Source: Thermoplasmatota archaeon
GTDB lineage: Archaea > Thermoplasmatota > JAQUQK01
DNA length: 47,060 nt
Assembly (NCBI GenBank): GCA_028716125.1
Contig: JAQUQK010000001.1
Coordinates: 1 to 47,060 of the forward strand
Direction: 5' to 3'
Below the pieces are notes generated by a model. It saw nothing but the letters and a program-made list of their open reading frames with translations, did no database searches and was not told the DNA's origin. Shown piece by piece: positions 36,971 to 45,854 of this stretch (positions are counted from its first letter, which is position 1; each line of letters starts with the position of its first letter). The position numbers were made by a program, and so were the translations under genes.

Positions 36971-37678
36971 TCAATTTTTTGCCATGCCTATTTTCTCGAG
37001 TGCGCGCTTTGACGGATTGTAAGCCGCATATATTGTTAATGCGCTGAAAAGGATAAGAGACCTCGTAACCATTCTTGCCGCCCCTTCCAGTATAAGCACA
37101 TCGACGGCGATCGCTATGTAAAATACGAGGCAGGCAAATCCCACCATGGCCAGCCTTCTCTTTACGGGCTTCTCTTCGCATTTTCTTGATGCCAGCATGA
37201 GCATGACTGAAGACGTCAGGGCGAGCGCGTTTCCGACCGCGGCAAGTATGCCCACTATCGGGCTGTTGAACGTGTATTCGGAGCCCCACTCGTTCATTCG
37301 ATGGGTTACGCCGTAGGCGTAGGCAAAGAAAAGTATGATTGAAACGATGATTGCTATGGACGCTGCGAATGAAATGCCAGCCCATTTTCTCCCGGACATG
37401 ATATACACCGACAGATAAGCCAGCGGAACCGCGGAGTATCCGTAAAAAGGGGTCCCTATGAGAAAAAGCGCCTCGTCTATTTTCATGGCGCCCGCGTAAG
37501 CGAAGAACTGGCGTGCCCCCATCGCAGCCAGGAGGGCGGTGGCCCACAGCCAGCACAGCATAATCGGCATTTTATCGTTCATGGTTCTTTTTTCAAGAGT
37601 CACCTTCACAAATACGGAAAAGCACGCCGCCGCGCCTATGAGAAGCATCGACCCATTAAGCAGCATTCCTTCGTACAT
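36971..37678 (-). CDS. hypothetical polytopic membrane protein (about 7 TM)
   Basis: 235 aa and strongly hydrophobic. GAGGT Shine-Dalgarno sequence 4 nt upstream. No family recognised. Confidence 0.6.
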   Translation of the reverse strand: MYEGMLLNGSMLLIGAAACFSVFVKVTLEKRTMNDKMPIMLCWLWATALLAAMGARQFFAYAGAMKIDEALFLIGTPFYGYSAVPLAYLSVYIMSGRKWAGISFAASIAIIVSIILFFAYAYGVTHRMNEWGSEYTFNSPIVGILAAVGNALALTSSVMLMLASRKCEEKPVKRRLAMVGFACLVFYIAIAVDVLILEGAARMVTRSLILFSALTIYAAYNPSKRALEKIGMAKN

Positions 37679-37810
37679 CCTTACCTCTCAGCCCACAGCA
37701 TCTTCCTTTGAAGGTTGCCTATTTATATGGCGCGCAGTCTTATAATGGTGTTGGTCTAAGCGATTCGGCGAAACAATAATCATTATTTTATTCCCGATTT
37801 CCATATATCC

Positions 37811-38980
37811 GTGATGTCAGCCACTTCCCAGATTTCCGGCTTCTATAAATTGCCAATCGGCGAGCGCATCAAGATTTTGCGCGATTTCGCAGAACTTACT
37901 GACGACGAAACTGCGCTTCTCTCCAAGGAAGGCTCGCTCCCGCTCGCAACAGCGGACACGATGATTGAAAACGTCATCGGAACACATGCGCTCCCGCTTG
38001 GCATCGCAACTAATTTTCTGATTAATGGAAAAGAACTGCTAATTCCAATGTGCACCGAGGAGCCTTCTGTTATCGCAGCAGCAAGCAATGCGGCAAAAAT
38101 GGCGCGCCCGTCCGGATTTAGCGCAAAGGCGGATAAGCCATTGATGATAGGCCAAATCCAGATTATTGGAAAATGGACACCAAAGGCAATTTCAGCAGCC
38201 AAAAGCGCCGTTGCCAAAAATAAGAAGAAAATCCTCGCGCTCGCAAATTCGACGGATGCAAAATTAATTGAACTTGACGGGGGCGCAAAGGATGTTGAAT
38301 TCAGAACAATAAGCACCGCCGTTGGAAAAATGGTAATTCTTCACTTGATTGTCGATGTCCGCGATGCCATGGGCGCAAATGCAGTCAATACCATGTGTGA
38401 AAAAGTGGCGCCATTGGTTGAGGAAATAACTGGCGGGAAAGTGCGCCTGCGCATTCTTTCAAACCTCGCAGATAAGCGGCGGGTGCGCGCAAAAGCAATT
38501 TTCAACAAAGACGAAATCGGCGGTTCGGACGTTGTTGAAGGAATTATCGAAGCATGGGCTTTCGCGGACGCCGACCCCTACCGCGCCGCAACTCACAATA
38601 AGGGAATCATGAACGGCATAGATGCCGCGGCAATTGCCTGCGGGCAGGACTGGCGCGCAATCGAGGCTGGCACCCATGCGTACGCCGCGCATTCGGGCAA
38701 GTATCGCTCGCTTACGCAGTGGCGCAAGGACAAAAAAGGAAATCTTGTCGGCGAGATAGAATTGCCAATGGCAGTTGGCATTGTCGGAGGCGCAGTAAAG
38801 GCGCACCCCACGGCAAGAGTATGCACCAAGATATTAGGAATAAAAAGCGCAGGCGAGCTTGCGGAAATCCTTGCCAGCGTCGGCCTTGCGCAGAACTTTG
38901 CTGCGCTCCGGGCACTTGCAACGGAAGGCATTCAGAAAGGGCACATGAAATTGCATAAGAGAAAGGAAGAAACAAAATAA
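37811..38980 (+). CDS. hmgA: hydroxymethylglutaryl-CoA reductase, class II
   Basis: Class II motifs MIENVIG, PMCTEEPSVIAAASNAAK and DAMGANAVNTMCE. The tracked start is GTG 37811. ATG 37814 lies 27 nt downstream of a TATA at 37783-37791. Confidence 0.88.
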   Translation: MMSATSQISGFYKLPIGERIKILRDFAELTDDETALLSKEGSLPLATADTMIENVIGTHALPLGIATNFLINGKELLIPMCTEEPSVIAAASNAAKMARPSGFSAKADKPLMIGQIQIIGKWTPKAISAAKSAVAKNKKKILALANSTDAKLIELDGGAKDVEFRTISTAVGKMVILHLIVDVRDAMGANAVNTMCEKVAPLVEEITGGKVRLRILSNLADKRRVRAKAIFNKDEIGGSDVVEGIIEAWAFADADPYRAATHNKGIMNGIDAAAIACGQDWRAIEAGTHAYAAHSGKYRSLTQWRKDKKGNLVGEIELPMAVGIVGGAVKAHPTARVCTKILGIKSAGELAEILASVGLAQNFAALRALATEGIQKGHMKLHKRKEETK

Positions 38981-39000
38981 CAACAAAATGGCGGCATTGA

Positions 39001-39231
39001 ATGAAAATTTCCAAGAAATATTCCGGCCTTCTTGTTTCTGCAATAATGGCTTTCTGTATGGCGCTCGTAATGTCGTTTGTGATGACTGTATTAAATGTAG
39101 GATTCAACGAGCGCTTCTTCCTTGCATGGGTGCGCGGGTTCGCGATAGGATTCGCAGTGTCGCTCCCAACTTCAATTGCGGTTTCGTCGAGTGCTAGGAA
39201 AATCGTCGATAAAATTACAAGAGAGAGTTGA
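39001..39231 (+). CDS. DUF2798 family small membrane protein
   Basis: 76 aa. SGLLVSAIMAFCMALVMSFVMTVLNVGF...FLAWVRGFAIGFAVSLP. Confidence 0.7.
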   Translation: MKISKKYSGLLVSAIMAFCMALVMSFVMTVLNVGFNERFFLAWVRGFAIGFAVSLPTSIAVSSSARKIVDKITRES

Positions 39232-39234
39232 AGT

Positions 39235-39663
39235 TTATTCCTTCATATCTTCCAACGGCGATTTTGACTTGTTTGCAGTTCGAACGCTCAATACGTGAAT
39301 GGTGACTCCGATTGCGACTAGCACTAAAATGATTCTTACGAAAAGCGCATCAACCGCAAACAAAGCCGAGCATCCTATAGTTATCCAGAGAAGCGAGATG
39401 GTGAATATTTTTACATTCACGGGGATTCCGTTTCCCTCGCGATAATTTCTAACGTAGTTTCCCAGCAATCTGTTGTTTATCAGCCAGTTGTAAAATTTCT
39501 GCGAGCTTCTGGCATAGCAGGCGGCCGCAAGAAGAAGAAACGGAGTGGTGGGAAGCAACGGAATGAATATTCCAACAATTCCAAGCGCCAGAAAGACGCT
39601 TCCGGCGAGCATCATTGCTAGCCTGCCAAATGCAATATTTCCGCGCTTTTTCGCATCGCCCAT
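39235..39663 (-). CDS. YbaN/DUF454 family membrane protein
   Basis: 142 aa. LGIVGIFIPLLPTTPFLLLAAACYARSSQKFYNWL. Confidence 0.8.
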   Translation of the reverse strand: MGDAKKRGNIAFGRLAMMLAGSVFLALGIVGIFIPLLPTTPFLLLAAACYARSSQKFYNWLINNRLLGNYVRNYREGNGIPVNVKIFTISLLWITIGCSALFAVDALFVRIILVLVAIGVTIHVLSVRTANKSKSPLEDMKE

Positions 39664-39676
39664 ACTACACCGCGTG

Positions 39677-39718
39677 CTATTTTTTCAAATATTCGTTAAC
39701 CATCTTGATGGCGCAAAG
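39677..39718 (-). pseudogene. orphan fragment homologous to the last 13 codons plus stop of thiC
   Basis: The minus strand reads CTTTGCGCCATCAAGATGGTTAACGAATATTTGAAAAAATAG (LCAIKMVNEYLKK*). The true thiC end at 39762-39803 reads LCAIKLVNEYLKK*. 34 of 42 nt are identical, and 6 of the 8 differences fall at third codon positions. Confidence 0.7.
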
Positions 39719-39761
39719 CGAGCGAGACCGCAGTTTCGCGAGTCTTGCGCAATTAAACTAA

Positions 39762-41054
39762 TTATTTTTTCAGATATTCGTTCACGAGTTTAATTGCGCA
39801 AAGGGGGCCGCACATCGAGCAAACGTCGTCATCGCTTGACATGCGCTTCTTCCTGCGCTCCTTTGCCATTTCCGGGTCGAGGGCGCATTCGGCCTGCGCC
39901 TTCCAGTCTAATTTCCTTCTCGCTTCCGCCATTTTCAAGTCCATTTCCCAGGCGCGCTTGTTTCCTTTTGCAAGGTCTGCGGCGTGGGCAGCGATTTTGG
40001 ATGCGATTGTGCCAGCACGCACATCTTCAATTGTTGGAAGGCTGAGATGCTCTGCCGGGGTGACGTAGCACAAGAAATCTGCGCCTGAAACTGCGGCGAG
40101 CGTTCCGCCGATTGCACCAGTAATATGGTCGTAGCCTGGCGCGATGTCGGTGACAAGCGGGCCGAGGACGTAGAATGGAGCGCCGCGGCAGAGCGTTTTC
40201 TGGATTTGCATGTTCGCCGCAATCTGGTTGTATGGAACGTGGCCCGGGCCTTCGACCATTGCCTGAACGTCCTTTGCGCGTGCGCGGTCAACCAGTTCGC
40301 CGAGAATGATTAATTCCTGAACCTGGGGGCGGTCTGTGGCATCTGCAATGCATCCGGGGCGCATTCCGTCGCCAAGGCTCAAAGTGAAGTCGTATTTTTT
40401 CGCCATTTCAAGAAGATAGTCATACTGCGCATAAAGCGGGTTTTCCTTGTTATTGTGCAAAATCCATGCTGCGAGGAAAGAGCCGCCCCTGCTTACGACG
40501 TTTGTGATTCTTCCTTGTCTTTTCAGGCGCTGGACTGATTCCTTGTTCACGCCGCAGTGGACTGTCATAAAGTCAACGCCGTCCTTTGCGTGGCTCTCAA
40601 TTGCGTTGAAAAGGTGGTCTTCTGTCATTTCGACGACGGAGCCAACCTTATTTATTGCCTCGACGCCAGCCTGGTAAATCGGAACGGTGCCGATCATCAC
40701 GTCGACGGAATCCATTATTTTCCTGCGGATTTCCTTTAGATTACCGCCGGTTGAAAGGTCCATTATAGCGTCAGCGCCGTATTTTTCCGCGAGTTTTGCC
40801 TTCTGAATTTCCTCATCGACGTTTACAAAATCCTTGGAAGTGCCGATGTTGGCGTTAATCTTTACTGAAGTGCCTTCGCCGATTGCGAAAATCTTTGAGA
40901 ATTTATGGATTGGATTGTGCGGTATGACTATCCTGCCTTCGGCTATGCCCTTTCGGATGAATTCGGGGTCGCATCCTTCAAATTTTGCGGCAGTCTTTAT
41001 GTCCTGGGTGATTGCGCCCCTGCGGGCATCTGACATAAGAGTCATTATTACCAA
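39762..41054 (-). CDS. thiC: phosphomethylpyrimidine synthase (radical SAM)
   Basis: 430 aa. NANIGTS...AIMDLSTGG...C-terminal CSMCGPLC cluster motif. The tracked start is TTG; ATG at 41045 (MTLMSD) is likely. Confidence 0.92.
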   Translation of the reverse strand: MVIMTLMSDARRGAITQDIKTAAKFEGCDPEFIRKGIAEGRIVIPHNPIHKFSKIFAIGEGTSVKINANIGTSKDFVNVDEEIQKAKLAEKYGADAIMDLSTGGNLKEIRRKIMDSVDVMIGTVPIYQAGVEAINKVGSVVEMTEDHLFNAIESHAKDGVDFMTVHCGVNKESVQRLKRQGRITNVVSRGGSFLAAWILHNNKENPLYAQYDYLLEMAKKYDFTLSLGDGMRPGCIADATDRPQVQELIILGELVDRARAKDVQAMVEGPGHVPYNQIAANMQIQKTLCRGAPFYVLGPLVTDIAPGYDHITGAIGGTLAAVSGADFLCYVTPAEHLSLPTIEDVRAGTIASKIAAHAADLAKGNKRAWEMDLKMAEARRKLDWKAQAECALDPEMAKERRKKRMSSDDDVCSMCGPLCAIKLVNEYLKK

Positions 41055-41101
41055 GCCGGAATCTGTTGGGCGTTTATAGAGACTGGCGCCGATATTTATA
41101 A

Positions 41102-41530
41102 TTGGGGCAAAGATGCAAGTTTATGCTTCCCGCAGAATTGCAGGCGCTTTCACGCTTCCACGGACATATCGGGCCTTATGCCGTTGTTGGTTATAGAATG
41201 GGAATGATTGCGCTTGACAAATTAAAGCCGAAAAATCACAGCGCACTCAAATGCGTTGTAAAAACAGGAATAAAGCCCCCGGTTTCCTGCCTTGTGGATG
41301 GAATTCAGTTTTCGTCGTCATGCACTCTTGGAAAGGGCAATATTTCAGTTGTCGATGAAGGAAAAGCGGAAGCGGTTTTTGAATGCGCTGGCAAGAACAT
41401 GGCAATCAAACTGCGCGACGAGATGCGCAAGAAAATAGACGCAGAAATGAGCCACGAGAAAGAAGAGGAGCAGTCGCTTTATTATTACAAGATGGCAGAA
41501 AGCGAACTTTTTGAAATCGCGCTAATTTAG
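41102..41530 (+). CDS. FmdE-domain protein
   Basis: SRFHGHIGPYAVVGYRMG motif. The tracked start is TTG; ATG at 41123 is likely. The 3' end overlaps the convergent gene by 4 nt. Confidence 0.7.
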   Translation: MGQRCKFMLPAELQALSRFHGHIGPYAVVGYRMGMIALDKLKPKNHSALKCVVKTGIKPPVSCLVDGIQFSSSCTLGKGNISVVDEGKAEAVFECAGKNMAIKLRDEMRKKIDAEMSHEKEEEQSLYYYKMAESELFEIALI

Positions 41531-43881
41531 CCATTGTTCGGCTCGTATGGGTTCCAATTGGGCTCCGCATAAAGCGTCCTGATGTAGAATGACGGTGGTG
41601 CCTGCTCTACGCGCTTCAGTTCGCGGAAGGCTTCGCCAATTGTCATGTTGTTCAAAATCAGCGCATCTTCCATAATCGCGGTTGAGGATTCCGAGCCGGT
41701 TGCGCGTGTTGCGCCAAGATATGCATTAACGCCTGCGTGCACGAATGCCTGCGAGAGCGCTTCCGTTGCCGGAATGCCATCGATTCTTCCAGTGTGGCAC
41801 ATGCTTGTCATGAAAACCATCGGCTGCATTTCCCAGCCCCGCACCTTTGAAACGCTGACAGAAGTGCTGTAAACGTCGGGACCGTAGAGGTCGGTGACAT
41901 ACCAGTACCAGTTGCCGTGTGCAATTCCCTCGAAGTAGTTTGAGTTAGCGTATGCCTCGACTGTTTCAGTTGCCTGTCTTCCGCTTGCCGCGTCGATATA
42001 ATACTGCGGCACAAAGCCATATTGCGCAGCGGTTGCGCCATAAGGAATCTGGTGGAACAAGGAGCCGAACTCGCCTCCGCCGCCTCCGCAGAGGAACATG
42101 AAATTGCTGTGCCACGAAGCTGTTGAAGGCGCTCCCATATATCTTGAATAAAACAGCGACCTTGCGATTAGCGCGCTTGCGTCCTCTGCGCTCCATCCTA
42201 TCGGACGGCCAATCGAAAGTTTGACTTCGGTGGCGTTCGCGTCAAGGGTGCTATATGGTAAATCCGATGGAAGCCCAACGCCATCCTCTGGCCAAGGCTC
42301 GCTGTCTGCCGGATAGTAATACATCGGAACCATATTTGTGTCGCCGACGATTGCGAAATATGCAGGTCCTGCAAGATAGCCGTCGAGCAGGGACTGGTTT
42401 TTCAGGGCATCGAATACGGATGAGATGTACTCCAAGTTCTGGTTGAATTTCATATTGTTGTATTGGTGGAGTTTAACGTCGTATCCTGGCCCGGTGCAGG
42501 AACCTTCGGCTGCGGCTGTATATCCACCATCGTTAAAATTGAAATCCGGGCTGGCTATGACGATGCCTTTGCGCGCCGCTGCAAGATATGGCGCAACCAT
42601 CGAAAGCCGTGGAACTATCGGAATCGATGTGGAATCCAGCATCTCGGCGGTTGCATTTACCGAAATATCCGCGCTGGCATAGGATGCGCCTGCCATGTAC
42701 GGTGTGGCTATCACTTCAACGCCTTTTGAGCCGTAGTACATTCCCACGTCAAGCCGGTATTCGCCGGAGTTGTTGACAATCAATGTGTCGATGTAAGCGC
42801 TTTTGCCGTCGTATGCCATGCTCGTTGAAAATCCTGCGTAAGCTCCCTTTGAATCGTAAAGCGTGGCGTAGATTATCGGAACGATTCCCGCTGGCTCGGT
42901 CGCCAGCTTCACAGGAACTGCAAAATTGGTGATGGTTGCATAGACCTGCAGGCGCACGATTCCTGAAGGAACGCCAATCTTGAAAGACTGCGACGGAGAG
43001 CCGGATATGTCCACTTTCTCTCCGCCGACGATTGCTTCAACATTTTCAATGTGCCCATTTTGCAGGCTTGATGTTTTGTTCAGCACGCTTGGATATGATG
43101 AATCGGTCGGGTTTGCAATTGCAATGTAGTCCAGTTTGCCGAAAAACCCCTTCACTGCCTCGGCAACTGCGCACGTTGCATCAAAAGAATTTTCTATTTT
43201 CAGCGCCGGCAGCTTAAGTTGTTCCGCAAATCTTTCGCCGTCCGCGCCAATGGCAATGGCATATTTCGCGCCGATTGAATCAAGTGTGCTTTCGATGTTG
43301 CCCCAGAGCGCGTCCTCGCACTCGGACGAACCGTTGGCGATTTCTTCGTCAATTACGAGAATCGGTATTCCGAGATAACTTGCAAGCGGCGCCGCATTTA
43401 CGCTGATTTCGTATCCTTGCTTTGTGTGCGGGATCAACATAACGCCGGGCGCCTTTTCCCAGCATTGCGCCATCAAATTAATCGAGCAGGAAGTCGGATT
43501 GCATCCGTGAACCGGAATCGCCGTGATGCCCTCAATCGCCGCCTTGCCAAGCGATAAAACGGACGCTGGCGCATATCTTTCAAGGAAAGACGAAGCGGTG
43601 CCGTCGGAGCCTACGACAAGCATCGGCTTTGTTTCAGATGCGAGCCCAGCATATCTTGCGGCAATGCTTGCGCCCAGAAGCGCATAGAAAGGATCGGTGT
43701 CCGGGACTATCACTGCGTCTTCAACCGGCTTGAATTTGCTTTCCGCGCAAAGCGCAAGCGCCTCTGCCATGGAGAACGAATTTGCGCCTTCGTTCGCAGG
43801 GTTCTGCTCTGAAAGGCAGCCTGAAAACAAGCTGGCTCCAATAAGCATGATTGAAAGCAGTGTGGCCAAAATATTTTTCAT
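41527..43881 (-). CDS. large lipoprotein with C-terminal gingipain-like (peptidase C25, clan CD) domain
   Basis: 784 aa. Lipobox SLFSGC-LS. The C-terminal half is collinear with the C25 layout: YFAIVGDTNMVPMYY...LPSDLPYS...SIGRPIG...His-Gly dyad IAHGNW...Cys in FMTSMCHTG...GVNAYLGATRATG. The family call comes from motif memory only. Confidence 0.55.
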   Translation of the reverse strand: MKNILATLLSIMLIGASLFSGCLSEQNPANEGANSFSMAEALALCAESKFKPVEDAVIVPDTDPFYALLGASIAARYAGLASETKPMLVVGSDGTASSFLERYAPASVLSLGKAAIEGITAIPVHGCNPTSCSINLMAQCWEKAPGVMLIPHTKQGYEISVNAAPLASYLGIPILVIDEEIANGSSECEDALWGNIESTLDSIGAKYAIAIGADGERFAEQLKLPALKIENSFDATCAVAEAVKGFFGKLDYIAIANPTDSSYPSVLNKTSSLQNGHIENVEAIVGGEKVDISGSPSQSFKIGVPSGIVRLQVYATITNFAVPVKLATEPAGIVPIIYATLYDSKGAYAGFSTSMAYDGKSAYIDTLIVNNSGEYRLDVGMYYGSKGVEVIATPYMAGASYASADISVNATAEMLDSTSIPIVPRLSMVAPYLAAARKGIVIASPDFNFNDGGYTAAAEGSCTGPGYDVKLHQYNNMKFNQNLEYISSVFDALKNQSLLDGYLAGPAYFAIVGDTNMVPMYYYPADSEPWPEDGVGLPSDLPYSTLDANATEVKLSIGRPIGWSAEDASALIARSLFYSRYMGAPSTASWHSNFMFLCGGGGGEFGSLFHQIPYGATAAQYGFVPQYYIDAASGRQATETVEAYANSNYFEGIAHGNWYWYVTDLYGPDVYSTSVSVSKVRGWEMQPMVFMTSMCHTGRIDGIPATEALSQAFVHAGVNAYLGATRATGSESSTAIMEDALILNNMTIGEAFRELKRVEQAPPSFYIRTLYAEPNWNPYEPNNG

Positions 43882-43910
43882 TTAATCGACCTCCTAATTG
43901 TAATTTGGTA

Positions 43911-44642
43911 TTATTTAGTTGCGCAACTCGGCATCAGAACATTGGCTGGACTTGCGGTGCTTCCATAAACAAGCTTGGTCGTGCCAGGGAAAACCGCTTC
44001 TCCCCTGCAATATATGCTGATTTCAAACGTGTCGCCCTTCTTGAAAACCCATGGGCTGTCGGCCGGAATCAATGCCTCGCCAGTGAGCTTCTGGGCGGTT
44101 CCGCCAGTCGCCGTGACTGCATTTGTAGCCCATTTTCCATCAATCGGGAGATTTTCGCCGACCTTTGTTGGGGTTATGTCGAAATAAAGCCCGACTGCAG
44201 CAGTCGAGATTGCATATAACTCAATAGAGACTTTTCCTGCCACAATAAAGCTGGAAGGGAGCGGATTCGATGCCCACGTCCCTACAACCAATCCCATGCT
44301 TGTCAGCGGCGGGTTGGCAGCGGCAAAAGTGCAGTCTGCAGAAGAATCCTCGCTCGCAGTAGGTTGAACTGCGTCTAACAGATGGACGTCGCCCTCGCCC
44401 TGATAAAGATATAATTTCAGCTCAAACGGGCCTGATGGCTGGGACGCATTGTTTTGCTCATTTGTCTCATTACTTGCAAATTCCTCGCTGGCATTCTGAT
44501 TGTTATTCTGTTGTTCGTTTGTCTGCCCTGCGCCCTGTTCCTGATTTTGCGAAGTTTTATTTTCTCCGCCTATGCACCCGGCAAAACTAGTTCCAACAAT
44601 CAGAAAAATTAATCCCATATATACAAATTTTGATGGAATCAT
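43911..44642 (-). CDS. hypothetical lipoprotein with N/Q/E-rich linker
   Basis: 243 aa. Lipobox TSFAGC-IG. Low-complexity linker QNQEQGAGQTNEQQNNNQNASEEFASNETNEQNNASQ followed by a beta-rich domain. Lies 29 nt upstream of the C25-like gene. Confidence 0.6.
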   Translation of the reverse strand: MIPSKFVYMGLIFLIVGTSFAGCIGGENKTSQNQEQGAGQTNEQQNNNQNASEEFASNETNEQNNASQPSGPFELKLYLYQGEGDVHLLDAVQPTASEDSSADCTFAAANPPLTSMGLVVGTWASNPLPSSFIVAGKVSIELYAISTAAVGLYFDITPTKVGENLPIDGKWATNAVTATGGTAQKLTGEALIPADSPWVFKKGDTFEISIYCRGEAVFPGTTKLVYGSTASPANVLMPSCATK

Positions 44643-44745
44643 GCCAGCACCATAGAAAAAGTAAGTATGTTATAACTTTATAAAGATTCCTAAAGATTAG
44701 TACAGAATGGCAAGATTTTATGCGAAGCGGCCAGGCCGCCATAGT

Positions 44746-45462
44746 TTAAGGCATCATGCCTTCCTTTCCGCACTTTGGGCATTTTATTGGCGTAGGCCCG
44801 CCGTGTTCCTTGTTCACTGAGAAATCGGTTCCGCAGCGCGGGCATTTTACCTGCAATTCCGCAGGCGCTTCTTGCTGCCGTTGAGCCGTTTGAGCGCCAG
44901 CAAATCCCTGCCTTGCCCGCCCCGAAAACGCCAAAGCCACCTTCGGCTGGAGCATATATATCACTATAATCCCAGGCAGTATGGACTGGATTATAACTGC
45001 CGCGCTAAATCCCGAGAAAAGCGAAGAGAGGATTTCAAACGTGCTTAACGCAATTACCGAGAAGCGGGCCCAGCGCATCATCTTAAGCAGGCCAATCGCA
45101 AGCACGACGTTCAGAACCGATCCGATAACCATGCTCCACCCAAATAATAAAATGTCTTCGGAAGTTATGTTTTCAGCGCCAGCAATCGTCTGGCCGAATT
45201 CCCGTATATACTCTATCAAAAGCGAAGGATACGCAAGCGCAATTATTCCGGCGAGAAGCGCAAAAGCTCCGGATACCAAGAGATATACTGAAACCAGAGT
45301 GACGCCAGCCGGCCTTTTTTTCTTCTCCTGCTTTGGCGGCTCGTAGTCCGGGACTATCGTCTGTTCCCAAGAATCCTTTCCGCCTTCGCTTGGGTTTTGG
45401 TCGTCTTGCGGTCGGTTCATGTTACCTGCATCCTTTTCGCCAACATAGCTTTTGCAGTCCAA
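44746..45462 (-). CDS. 4-TM membrane protein with C-terminal zinc ribbon
   Basis: 238 aa. Charged N-terminus, 4 TM segments and CPRCG...15 aa...CPKCG at the C-terminus. Alternative start at M15. Confidence 0.6.
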   Translation of the reverse strand: MDCKSYVGEKDAGNMNRPQDDQNPSEGGKDSWEQTIVPDYEPPKQEKKKRPAGVTLVSVYLLVSGAFALLAGIIALAYPSLLIEYIREFGQTIAGAENITSEDILLFGWSMVIGSVLNVVLAIGLLKMMRWARFSVIALSTFEILSSLFSGFSAAVIIQSILPGIIVIYMLQPKVALAFSGRARQGFAGAQTAQRQQEAPAELQVKCPRCGTDFSVNKEHGGPTPIKCPKCGKEGMMP

Positions 45463-45463
45463 A

Positions 45464-45751
45464 TCAGCGAACTGCGTTTACCTTGCTTTCCATCGTGGCT
45501 TCCTTGTCAATCCGGTCGTCTATCTTCAAGGTCGTAAGCACGCGCTGCGCTCCTGCCCCGAGCACGGCGAGATGCGCACTTTTCACGGCGGCGAATATCT
45601 CGTCAATGCTCTTTGCCTCGATGTCTGTTGCCATCGCGTTTGTCTGGGTGCGCAGGCCCGAACTTTCAAGCGCGCGGATTCCTTCACGCACATACTTGCT
45701 GACGCTCGTTCCTGCGCCTACTGGGACGACGCTAACTTCTGCAATTATCAT
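45464..45751 (-). CDS. MTH1187/YkoF-like thiamine-binding protein family (UPF0045/DUF77)
   Basis: 95 aa. MIIAEVSVVPVGAGTSVSKYV... Confidence 0.8.
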   Translation of the reverse strand: MIIAEVSVVPVGAGTSVSKYVREGIRALESSGLRTQTNAMATDIEAKSIDEIFAAVKSAHLAVLGAGAQRVLTTLKIDDRIDKEATMESKVNAVR

Positions 45752-45780
45752 ACAATCCTTTTACTATTGCACATAGTAGT

Positions 45781-45798
45781 TTATGTAAATTTGCATAA
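45781..45798. promoter_or_regulatory. imperfect 18-bp palindrome TTATGTAAA|TTTGCATAA (candidate operator)
   Basis: One mismatch. It overlaps the putative TATA/BRE of the minus-strand MTH1187 operon and lies about 57 bp upstream of the ZIP transporter ATG. The ZIP TATA is TTTAAAATTT at 45821-45830. Confidence 0.35.
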
Positions 45799-45854
45799 CC
45801 GCGCATTTTGCCGCAAACACTTTAAAATTTCTTTCTATCTCATATCTGAATATC

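Noticed and set aside
36971-37678. 7-TM protein as a microbial rhodopsin
   Set aside because: The last helix has no retinal-binding Lys in a DxxxK-type context, and I saw no other rhodopsin motifs.
41046-41122. Possible TPP riboswitch upstream of thiC
   Set aside because: The spacer is only about 50-75 nt and is shared with the divergent FmdE gene. It lacks the conserved CUGAGA and ACCUGA core elements and contains only TATA-like boxes.
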